Shown here: positions 1-7,646 of the stretch, piece by piece
Layout of the letters: the number at the start of each line of letters is the position of its first letter
How positions within the stretch are numbered: the first letter of the stretch is position 1
Source: Candidatus Saccharimonadales bacterium
GTDB taxonomy: Bacteria; Patescibacteriota; Saccharimonadia; Saccharimonadales; JAYRRP01
Direction of reading: 5' to 3'
Assembly: GCA_041906765.1 (NCBI GenBank)
Contig: JAYRIP010000009.1
Coordinates: 1-48,443 of the forward strand
DNA length: 48,443 bases
Program-made: the position numbers and the translations under genes
Notes under the pieces: model-generated
The model's input: only the letters and a program-made list of their open reading frames with translations
Told to the model about the DNA's origin: nothing
The model's database searches: none

Positions 1-16
1 CAAACAGGGGTGGCTA

Positions 17-25
17 TGCTACAGT
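17..25 (+). promoter_or_regulatory. extended -10 box TGcTACAGT upstream of tRNA-Arg
   Basis: TGn+TACAGT ends 9 nt before the tRNA 5' end. A near-identical box TGcTACAAT sits at 43972-43980. Confidence 0.4.
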
Positions 26-34
26 GTATTTTGT

Positions 35-111
35 GCCCGCGTAGCTCAGTGGATTAGAGCATCTGTCTTCGGAACAGAGGGTCGGCGGTTCGAATCCGTC
101 CGCGGGTACCA
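35..111 (+). tRNA. tRNA-Arg (anticodon TCG), CCA encoded
   Basis: Cloverleaf read by eye: acceptor GCCCGCG/CGCGGGT, D stem GCTC/GAGC, anticodon stem TCTGT/ACAGA with loop CTTCGGA, T arm GGCGG-TTCGAAT-CCGTC, then A-CCA. Confidence 0.93.
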
Positions 112-117
112 CGAAAG

Positions 118-144
118 AGTCCCGGCTTTATGCCGGGCTTTTTC
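118..144 (+). terminator. rho-independent terminator after tRNA-Arg
   Basis: Stem CCCGGC (121-126) pairs with GCCGGG (132-137), loop TTTAT, followed by a T-run at 139-143. Confidence 0.7.
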
Positions 145-196
145 GTGTTTGTTACTGGTCTGATACAAATCGATGACCCATCAGAGAGGGGCGGTG

Positions 197-269
197 TGAG
201 ACATGCCAGTGGCATGTCGCAAGGTAATCTACTCTTGCAAACTGGTTTGCAAAGATGTAGTTACGGGCC
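197..269 (+). ncRNA. copy A of a conserved two-hairpin element (candidate structured RNA or recombination-site arm)
   Basis: 59/73 nt identical to 44024-44096. Hairpin 1 is 200-218 (8 bp, 3-nt loop). Hairpin 2 is 229-260 (13 bp, 2 bulges, 4-nt loop). Four double substitutions preserve pairing. Confidence 0.5.
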
Positions 270-280
270 TGCAGAATGTA

Positions 281-306
281 GGTCGAATATCCGTCCGCGG
301 GTACTA
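281..306 (+). repeat. degenerate duplicate of the tRNA-Arg 3' end (T loop plus acceptor strand)
   Basis: GGTCGAATATCCGTCCGCGGGTACTA compared with GGTTCGAATCCGTCCGCGGGTACCA at 87-111. The 14-nt core CCGTCCGCGGGTAC is identical. Confidence 0.75.
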
Positions 307-355
307 ATCTGCTTATACTGGCTTACCTAAAGTCTAATTGTAATAATGAGCACCC

Positions 356-574
356 ATGAGTATTGATACACCCTTAGTACCATACTGGCGTCCCGAGCAT
401 CTCGAATCCGTTGAACGTGCTGATTTATTCAATGCAGATCGAACTCTTTCTAGGATTGGCTCCGAAGAGTTTTCTCGCGTAAATGAACTCCTCGACGAAC
501 TTGCTGCAAGGTGTGGACGAACGCGCAGCCCAGGCGAAATTGCACAGAAATCCTTGTGGATAAGTGGCGTCTGA
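356..574 (+). CDS. hypothetical small acidic protein (72 aa)
   Basis: ORF with protein-like composition. No clear RBS and no recognisable motif. The overlapping minus-strand ORF looks like noise. Confidence 0.3.
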   Translation: MSIDTPLVPYWRPEHLESVERADLFNADRTLSRIGSEEFSRVNELLDELAARCGRTRSPGEIAQKSLWISGV

Positions 575-577
575 GCA

Positions 578-606
578 TTGTTTTCAAGAGGTAGCCACCG
601 TATAAT
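578..606 (+). promoter_or_regulatory. sigma70-like promoter of the giant surface-protein gene
   Basis: TTGTTT (578-583), 17-nt spacer, TATAAT (601-606), about 50 nt upstream of the ATG at 658. Confidence 0.45.
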
Positions 607-657
607 AGTGCTTAAGTTAGACATCGAGAGGGTTGGGTTTTTATAACCTGAGTATTT

Positions 658-3600
658 ATGAGACAAAAAAGTATCAGTGTGGTAAAGCGTTACGGGGGTA
701 AACTCGCCAAAAATAGCGCTCACCATGCCCGCAAGAGCATACACGTGGCAACAAAGAGTGCCCGCATTGGGGCTAGTCAAGCCAAAAGAGTAGCCACGGT
801 TAGCGCCGTGCATGCCGCAAAAAGCTATAAATTTGCGCACCACCATCTAGTACAACGCCCTCACCAAAAGCTTGTACAGCATGTCGGGTGGTACCGTAGA
901 TGGCATGAGTGGCAGTGGCACCGCTTTACTCATTACGCAGCTTTATCTTTGTATACCTTAGTAATTGGCGTGATGCTGTTTAATACTTTCCGTGTGGCGC
1001 TTGCCGCAGATTTAAATGACACCTGGAACTTCTCAACACCAGGGGATTTCACTTTCGACAGCGGACTCGAAACAAGTGGGTCTGCAGCTAGGCTGAAAGC
1101 ACAGAATTATACAGCTGATTCGAATACCAAGGCGCTTTATCACCTTGATGACGGATCGGGCTCCAATTTGTCTGATTCTTCCGGGAGCGCCAATCCGGCA
1201 ACAGCGAGCGGATCACCTTCTTGGGTGACAGGGAACTTACAAGGCGGTCTGCAGTTAAATGGATCTACTCAATATGCTCAAGCAGCTGATTCAAGCTCTT
1301 TGTCATTGTCGCAGCAAAATAGTATAGAAGGCTGGACAAAATTTGGTAGCAGTTTTGGCAATAATACGCACAGCCAAGATCAGACAGTGGTGGACAAGGG
1401 TAGCTACAAACTGTACTACGATCGCACTACCGGCAAAGTTACGTACGAGCTGACGAACTCAGCGGCTACGAGCTGGACCCAACAAGCTGGAAACGACATC
1501 AAAGGCAGTTGGGACACCAACGGTAAATCTAATGTACTAACGCAAGTGGCGATTGGCAGTAATATATATGCTGGACTTGGTATAGGCACTGGCGACGCGG
1601 AAGTCTGGAAATGGAATGGGACAAGCTGGAGCCAGATCGGCGGCGATGGTAAGAATTCGAGTTGGGCTGATCAAACTTTTGAATCAGTTGCCTCGTTGGC
1701 GGCAAATGGCAATACGTTGTATGCCGGACTCGGCACAGGCGCCGGTGACGCGGAAGTCTGGAGTTGTGATACGAGCAGCGGCTGCAGCAGCTGGACCAAA
1801 ATTGGCGGTGACGGTTTGGATCCGGGCGCTCCGGGAAATGCATCGTGGGCTTCTGCGACTTATGAATCAGTTGAGAGCATGACCTACATGGGGAGCTACC
1901 TTTATGTCGGACTGGGAAATAGCGCCCAGGACGGCGAGGTCTGGCGGTTTAATCCGAGCAACTCAGATTGGACCAAGATCGGCGGCGATGGAGTTAATCC
2001 GGGTGGAGGTGCCTCTTGGACTACACTGGCGAATGTTGAAGAAGTCTACTCACTTGTCAACGATGGTACGTATTTATATGCTGGACTAGGTAATAGCACG
2101 AACGATGCGGCAGTCTGGCGGTTTAATCCTTCCACTAATGCCTGGTCCCAATTAGGTGGCCAATCATGCTGTGGCAGCTGGGGCGCAGTCCATGAGGATG
2201 CGCTTTCAATGACTACAATGAGCGGTAGCCTTTATGTTGGACTCGGCACAGGCACCGCCGATGCGGAAGTCTGGAAATATAACGGCAGCACCTGGACCAA
2301 AATCGGCGGCGATGGTACCGGGTGGGCAGATCTCACCTATGAAGGAGTATATTCACTCACGAACGATGGTACGAATGTATATGCAGGACTAGGGTATTCA
2401 ACCGGTGATAATGAAGTCTGGAAATATAACGGCAGCACCTGGACCAAAATCGGCGGCGACACAATAAACGGTGGTTTTAATGGCAGTGGCACTAACTACA
2501 TAACCAGTCTGCTTTATACTGGGGGGAATTTATATAGTGGGCATTCAGTTAACGGAACAAATGCCACCGGCGAAGTCTGGAAATATAACGGCACTAGTTG
2601 GTCACGCCTTGGCGGTAACTTCTTAAATTTAAGCTGGGGAGTATTAAATTATTCCAGTATTGATGCCATGACCGCCAGCGGCAACTATTTGTATGCCGGT
2701 ACAGGCGGCGCATATGCAGATATTGGGCAAGTCTGGCGGTTTGACGGCTCGACCTGGGAACTGATTGGCGGCATGGGGCTCAATAGCAGTTGGCCGGCCT
2801 ATACCTACGAAGGTGTCTATAGCTTGATTAATTATAAGGGTGATTTGTACGCTGGACTTGGTGTTAGTACTAATGATGCCGAAGTCTGGAAGTGGAACGG
2901 TACCACCTGGACGCAAGTGGGAGGGGATGGTCTTAATAGCGGCTGGAGCGGTATCCAAAGGGTGAGCGCGATGACTATCTATAACAATGAAATGTATGTT
3001 GGACTATATGGAACTGCAAATAATGGCCAGGTGTATAAATGGAACGGCACTTTGTGGACGTACGTAGGCGGTAATACCGTCGGTGGTGGTTACAATGCCT
3101 GGCCGGCCGGCTATGAGGCAATTACCAGTCTTTCGGTGGTGAATAACAAGATATATGCGGGGATGGCCAGCAGCACTGGGGATGCTGATGTCTGGCAACT
3201 GTCGGGTACCACCTGGACGCAAGTGGGAGGGGATGGTCTTAATAGCGGCTGGGTGGCGGCAACCTATGAAGATGTTGACAGTATGGTGGCTTATAACGGT
3301 AATTTGTATGCCGGAATTGGTACTAGTGCCGGCGATGCGGAAGTCTGGAAATATAACGGCAGCACCTGGACCAAAATCGGCGGCGATGACAGCGGCGGTG
3401 CTACTACTTGGTCTGACGGTCAATACGAGCAGGTGCGGAGCCTGGCAGTTTATAACGGAGAGCTTTATGCAGGATTGGGTAACTCTACGGGTGATGGCGA
3501 AGTCTGGAAATATAACGGCAGCACCTGGACCAAATCTGCCGGCGGTGGCGTTAACTCTAGCTGGGCTGCTGCCACAGTTTCCTATATTCCGTCTATGTCC

Positions 3601-6600
3601 GACTATAAAGGCAAGCTATATGTAGCTGCCGGCGGAATGGTGGGTTCAAACAATAACCCTCAAATTTGGTCTTTAGGTAGTAACGGCTTTTTGCAGAGTG
3701 CGGCCACTACGCAAGACACCAGTTGGCACCATATCGCAGCAACTTATGATGGTGCGACCATGAAACTATACATTGACGGCACGCTAAACAATTCAACCAG
3801 TGTATCGTTATCGATTCCGGACAATAGCTACCCACTGCTTATCGGCACAAATTATGGTGGTTCGGGGGCAGGTGAACAGCAGGGGTTTTTGGCGGGCTCA
3901 ATAGATGAAATAAGGATCTCAGACACTGCTCGAAGCAGTTTTACCACATTGCCCTACTCCAATTCGGTACAGAAAGTCACGTTGGCGAGTGCGGTGAGAT
4001 TGAGCGGAGTACGTGACTGGGAAGGGTTTAGCGCCAGTGAAACTGCGAACGGTGGCAACATAAAGTACCGGCTAAGTATTGATGGAGGTACTACCTGGAA
4101 GTACTGGACTGGCTCTTCGTGGGGAACATCTAGCTCTACGAGCGAAGCTAATACAGTCAGTACCGTAAACAGTAATATTAGCACGCTACCCGTTACGTTT
4201 GGCGGCATAATGTGGCAGGCAGTGCTATCGGGAGACGGAACACAGCAAGTTACCTTGAATTCAGTCACAGTAACGTCAAATTCTGACAATGTAGAGCCGA
4301 GTGCTAATGCGAGCGCAATCCAGGCGTACAAGTCGAACGGAGGTGCTTCGTTAACATCAAACGGATGGACTAACGGCAGCTCCCCTTACTTTACTTGGAC
4401 AGCTGGTAGCGATGCCGGCTCCGGTATAAAGGGGTATTGTTTATATCTGGGGACTGATAATACTGCTGATCCGGTTACTACCAAAGGTATGCTTGGCACC
4501 AGTCCGGTCACCACGGGTGGGCACTGCCAGTTCTTAATTGCGAGCAGCAACATTGATTTGGCTACTGCGGGATACTTGAGTACAGCTCTGACGACCAGTT
4601 CCAGCCCCTACTATCTCCGTATAAAAGCAATCGATAATGCAGGGAATGTTTACAGTGCCTCCACGGCCCAATTCCAGTTCCGCTTTGATAATACGCCGCC
4701 TTCGAACCCAGGCTACATTACGGCCCCCTCTGGGTTTATCAATACCAAAACGGCGAATCTTACTTGGTCAACTGTTGGCGGTCAGGCTCCGGCAGATAGC
4801 AACTCAGGAGTAGCGGGTCTTCAATACCGCGTAAACAATACTACCTGGTATGGCGACGGGCACACTGGTTCGGGTGACATTAATGATCTGTTAACAAATG
4901 ATGGCGATTACACCACTGCTGATCCGCCGGACTTTGATAATATCAACGAAGGGATCAACACAGTTTATTTCCGCACCTGGGATCAGGCCGGCAACGTAAC
5001 GTCAAGCTATGTTTCGGCAGCGCTTAAGGTCAATACCAACGGCTCTCCGACTGAGCCGCAAAATGTGGCTGCAACTCCTTCGACTAACACGACTAATTCA
5101 TTCTCATTTGATTGGGATGAACCGGCAACATATGTTGGAAGCGCAGGTAATCTAACCTATTGTTACACGATTAACACACTGCCCTCGGCCAATACCTGCA
5201 CCTTTACCTCCGCAGGTGTGACAAGTTTAGGTAGTGGACCCTACGCAACGCAGCCTGGCTCAAACACCTTCTACGTGGTAGCGCGGGATGAGTCCAGCAA
5301 TATAAATTACGCCAATTACGCTTCCACTACTTTTACTGCTAACACTTCTGCGCCTGGCATACCAACCAACACCGATATAGTGGATGTATCTATTAAATCG
5401 ACAAACAGCTGGCGGTTGGCACTTACCTGGGAACAACCGGCCAATACAGGATCGGGCATTACCAGCTACAAAGTATATCGTTCGACCAATAATGTTAGCT
5501 TTAGTTTCGTCGGATCGAGCTCTAGCACGACCTATATTGATGCGAATCTATCTCAACAAACTTATTACTACCGTGTAAGGGCATGTGACAACACTAACAA
5601 TTGTGGCGCAGAGAACGGTACAGTGCATATGCTGCCGACTGGTAAATTTACCACTCCTGCCGACATGACTTCAGAACCTACCGTTAGCAACATTACTACA
5701 AAGCGGGCACGGATCAACTGGTCGACTGACCGAGGGTCCGACAGTAAGATATCTATTGGTACCTCAAGCGGTCAGTACAGTCCTTCGGAAGTGGGCAATT
5801 CTAGCCAGGTTACTTCTCATGTAATCGACCTAGATAATCTGGCGGCAGGTACCACCTATTACTTCAGAGCTAAATGGACAGATGAAGATGGTAATACGGC
5901 GACAAGCGAAGAATATAGCTTCACTACATCGCCTGCCCCCCAACTGAAAGAAGTGGTGACGCTCAAGACAACATTAGCTGGTGCGATCATACAGTTTTCA
6001 ACTAAAGACGCTACCAAAGCAAATCTGTACTTTGGTAAATCTGATGCGTTCGGAGGTTTGAAATCAATTAATACGAGCGCCTCCGAGTCAACCTACAGCA
6101 TTGAACTCACCGGTCTTGATGATGGCACTAAATACTACTACAAGATAAGTACATTTGATGACGAAAATGGTGAATACCAAGGAACTATCTTCTCATTCAC
6201 TACTCCATCCAGGCCTCGGATCAGTAATCTAAAGTTCCAGCCGGTACAGGGGGAGCCCACTAGCACACAGAAAGTAACATGGGATACCAACGTGCCGACC
6301 ACTACTACCATTACTTATGGCAAACTGAATACTTCAGGTACAGATGTCCAGCAGTCACAACTTGTCACCGCACACGAAATAGTTATCCGTCAGCTCGAAG
6401 ATAACAGCCAATACTTCCTTATTGCCTCTGGCAGAGATGCTGATGGTAACTTATCTGCGTCGGACAGACAGCAATTCCACACGGCACTCGATACCAGATC
6501 GCCAAAAGTGACTGAGGTGGTAACCGAGCCTTCGATTAAAGGCTCCGGTGCAGAAGCTAGAGGACAGATCGTCGTATCGTGGAAAACTGATGAACCATCC

Positions 6601-6861
6601 ACCAGCCAGGTGGCTTATGCGGAAGGAAGTTCCAGTACGTCATTCAACAGCAAAACCGCTGAAGATACGCAACTTACCACTGAGCACCTGGTGATTGTTT
6701 CTGACCTGCCGACAAGCCGGGTCTTTAGCATTCAGCCTGTTTCGAAAGACAAAGCTGGTAATGCAGGCACGGGAGAACCGCAATCTGCCATCATAGGGCG
6801 AGCTTCAGATAGTGTGCTTACTATCATATTAAATACGCTAAGACGGGTATTTGGGATCTAG
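658..6861 (+). CDS. giant membrane-anchored surface protein: LamG-like domain, 14 beta-propeller blades, second LamG-like domain, multiple Fn3-like domains
   Basis: 2067-aa ORF with a basic N-terminus and one TM helix (YAALSLYTLVIGVMLF). About 50-aa repeats (LYAGLG..GDAEVWKYNGSTWTKIGGDG) occur 14 times. LamG signature WHHIAATYDG..KLYIDG...IDEIRISD. C-terminal Fn3-like repeats (..WxT....S.V.YG......Y.F). Confidence 0.9.
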   Translation: MRQKSISVVKRYGGKLAKNSAHHARKSIHVATKSARIGASQAKRVATVSAVHAAKSYKFAHHHLVQRPHQKLVQHVGWYRRWHEWQWHRFTHYAALSLYTLVIGVMLFNTFRVALAADLNDTWNFSTPGDFTFDSGLETSGSAARLKAQNYTADSNTKALYHLDDGSGSNLSDSSGSANPATASGSPSWVTGNLQGGLQLNGSTQYAQAADSSSLSLSQQNSIEGWTKFGSSFGNNTHSQDQTVVDKGSYKLYYDRTTGKVTYELTNSAATSWTQQAGNDIKGSWDTNGKSNVLTQVAIGSNIYAGLGIGTGDAEVWKWNGTSWSQIGGDGKNSSWADQTFESVASLAANGNTLYAGLGTGAGDAEVWSCDTSSGCSSWTKIGGDGLDPGAPGNASWASATYESVESMTYMGSYLYVGLGNSAQDGEVWRFNPSNSDWTKIGGDGVNPGGGASWTTLANVEEVYSLVNDGTYLYAGLGNSTNDAAVWRFNPSTNAWSQLGGQSCCGSWGAVHEDALSMTTMSGSLYVGLGTGTADAEVWKYNGSTWTKIGGDGTGWADLTYEGVYSLTNDGTNVYAGLGYSTGDNEVWKYNGSTWTKIGGDTINGGFNGSGTNYITSLLYTGGNLYSGHSVNGTNATGEVWKYNGTSWSRLGGNFLNLSWGVLNYSSIDAMTASGNYLYAGTGGAYADIGQVWRFDGSTWELIGGMGLNSSWPAYTYEGVYSLINYKGDLYAGLGVSTNDAEVWKWNGTTWTQVGGDGLNSGWSGIQRVSAMTIYNNEMYVGLYGTANNGQVYKWNGTLWTYVGGNTVGGGYNAWPAGYEAITSLSVVNNKIYAGMASSTGDADVWQLSGTTWTQVGGDGLNSGWVAATYEDVDSMVAYNGNLYAGIGTSAGDAEVWKYNGSTWTKIGGDDSGGATTWSDGQYEQVRSLAVYNGELYAGLGNSTGDGEVWKYNGSTWTKSAGGGVNSSWAAATVSYIPSMSDYKGKLYVAAGGMVGSNNNPQIWSLGSNGFLQSAATTQDTSWHHIAATYDGATMKLYIDGTLNNSTSVSLSIPDNSYPLLIGTNYGGSGAGEQQGFLAGSIDEIRISDTARSSFTTLPYSNSVQKVTLASAVRLSGVRDWEGFSASETANGGNIKYRLSIDGGTTWKYWTGSSWGTSSSTSEANTVSTVNSNISTLPVTFGGIMWQAVLSGDGTQQVTLNSVTVTSNSDNVEPSANASAIQAYKSNGGASLTSNGWTNGSSPYFTWTAGSDAGSGIKGYCLYLGTDNTADPVTTKGMLGTSPVTTGGHCQFLIASSNIDLATAGYLSTALTTSSSPYYLRIKAIDNAGNVYSASTAQFQFRFDNTPPSNPGYITAPSGFINTKTANLTWSTVGGQAPADSNSGVAGLQYRVNNTTWYGDGHTGSGDINDLLTNDGDYTTADPPDFDNINEGINTVYFRTWDQAGNVTSSYVSAALKVNTNGSPTEPQNVAATPSTNTTNSFSFDWDEPATYVGSAGNLTYCYTINTLPSANTCTFTSAGVTSLGSGPYATQPGSNTFYVVARDESSNINYANYASTTFTANTSAPGIPTNTDIVDVSIKSTNSWRLALTWEQPANTGSGITSYKVYRSTNNVSFSFVGSSSSTTYIDANLSQQTYYYRVRACDNTNNCGAENGTVHMLPTGKFTTPADMTSEPTVSNITTKRARINWSTDRGSDSKISIGTSSGQYSPSEVGNSSQVTSHVIDLDNLAAGTTYYFRAKWTDEDGNTATSEEYSFTTSPAPQLKEVVTLKTTLAGAIIQFSTKDATKANLYFGKSDAFGGLKSINTSASESTYSIELTGLDDGTKYYYKISTFDDENGEYQGTIFSFTTPSRPRISNLKFQPVQGEPTSTQKVTWDTNVPTTTTITYGKLNTSGTDVQQSQLVTAHEIVIRQLEDNSQYFLIASGRDADGNLSASDRQQFHTALDTRSPKVTEVVTEPSIKGSGAEARGQIVVSWKTDEPSTSQVAYAEGSSSTSFNSKTAEDTQLTTEHLVIVSDLPTSRVFSIQPVSKDKAGNAGTGEPQSAIIGRASDSVLTIILNTLRRVFGI
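2266..2312. repeat. identical intragenic block GAAGTCTGGAAATATAACGGCAGCACCTGGACCAAAATCGGCGGCGA
   Basis: Exact copies at 2266-2312, 2413-2459 and 3340-3386. A 36-nt core copy lies at 3499-3534. Copies 1 and 3 also share extra flanking bases. Confidence 0.9.
2899..2946. repeat. second identical intragenic block (48 nt)
   Basis: GGTACCACCTGGACGCAAGTGGGAGGGGATGGTCTTAATAGCGGCTGG occurs at 2899-2946 and 3205-3252. Confidence 0.9.
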
Positions 6862-6863
6862 CC

Positions 6864-7646
6864 ATGAGCACACACGGTAAAGTACTAGTAGAAGCAGTCG
6901 ATATCGAGCAAGCATTCAAAATAGGTGATGACATGGTGCAGATCCTGTTTAGGACTAATTTTTCGATTCGCGAGCAAAGCTTCAATATTATCTATGGTCC
7001 CTCGGGCTCAGGTAAGTCAACATTACTAAATGTCTTAAGTGGCTTACAGCCACCAACGCGGGGAAATATACTTTTTGAAGGGCGGAATATCTATAAACTG
7101 TCCAACAATGATCTCGCCCATTTCAGGGCTAACGAGATTGGAATTGTTTATCAGCAATATTTCTGGATAAAAAGTTTGAGCGTTATCGAAAATGTGTCGA
7201 TGCCACTGTTCTTCCTGGGTTATTCTAGGAGCCGGGCTGCAAAAGCTGCGATGGATGCATTGCAGCGGGTTGATATGGCCACTTATGCACACAAAAACCC
7301 GATGGTTCTCTCTGGTGGTGAACAACAACGCGTCGCAATGGCTCGGGCGATAGTAAATGATCCGAGATACATAATTGCTGATGAGCCAACTGGCTCGCTC
7401 GATAGTAAAAACGGTGACATGATTATAGCCTTACTGCAGAGTTATAACCGTGACTTAAACCGCACTATCATTCTAGTGACCCACAATATGGAATACCTGC
7501 CCCTATCCGACCATCTGTTACATGTGCAGGACGGCCATGTGCAAGAGATGCAAAATGATAACATACAACAGACAGCCGACACACTGATAGCCAATATGAA
7601 GAAACGTATTAATAATCTGGCAAAGGCGAAACACAGTGGAACCTAA
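6864..7646 (+). CDS. ABC transporter ATP-binding protein (MacB/LolD/FtsE-like)
   Basis: Walker A GPSGSGKST, signature LSGGEQQRVAMARA, Walker B IIADEPTGSLD. Starts 2 nt after the giant gene stop. Confidence 0.93.
   Translation: MSTHGKVLVEAVDIEQAFKIGDDMVQILFRTNFSIREQSFNIIYGPSGSGKSTLLNVLSGLQPPTRGNILFEGRNIYKLSNNDLAHFRANEIGIVYQQYFWIKSLSVIENVSMPLFFLGYSRSRAAKAAMDALQRVDMATYAHKNPMVLSGGEQQRVAMARAIVNDPRYIIADEPTGSLDSKNGDMIIALLQSYNRDLNRTIILVTHNMEYLPLSDHLLHVQDGHVQEMQNDNIQQTADTLIANMKKRINNLAKAKHSGT

Noticed and set aside
188-306. tmRNA, split tRNA or intron-containing tRNA as an explanation for the two-hairpin element plus the tRNA-like end
   Set aside because: No 5' strand is available to pair with CGCGGGT. 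The T arm is disrupted by a 2-nt insertion and CCA is replaced by CTA. At about 120 nt, with no tag ORF or pseudoknots, it does not fit tmRNA. Copy B carries a 5' rather than a 3' tRNA fragment.
130-330. 66-aa plus-strand ORF
   Set aside because: It runs through the tRNA terminator, the two-hairpin element and the tRNA-Arg 3' fragment. It has no RBS, and the conservation between the two copies is structural, not codon-like.
334-846. 170-aa minus-strand ORF
   Set aside because: It runs antisense across the promoter and the first 190 nt of the giant gene. Its composition is Cys-rich and noise-like, and it has no RBS.
2266-3534. Repeated identical 36-48-nt blocks considered as a possible CRISPR array
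   Set aside because: The spacing is irregular (147, 927 and 159 nt). The blocks are in frame within protein repeats, and no cas genes are present.
1529-4331. Multiple 100-156-aa ORFs on both strands inside the giant gene (1529, 1616, 2644, 3004, 3155, 3954)
   Set aside because: These are by-products of the stop-poor, repetitive propeller and Fn3 coding sequence. All are nested in a 2067-aa ORF with clear domain signatures.
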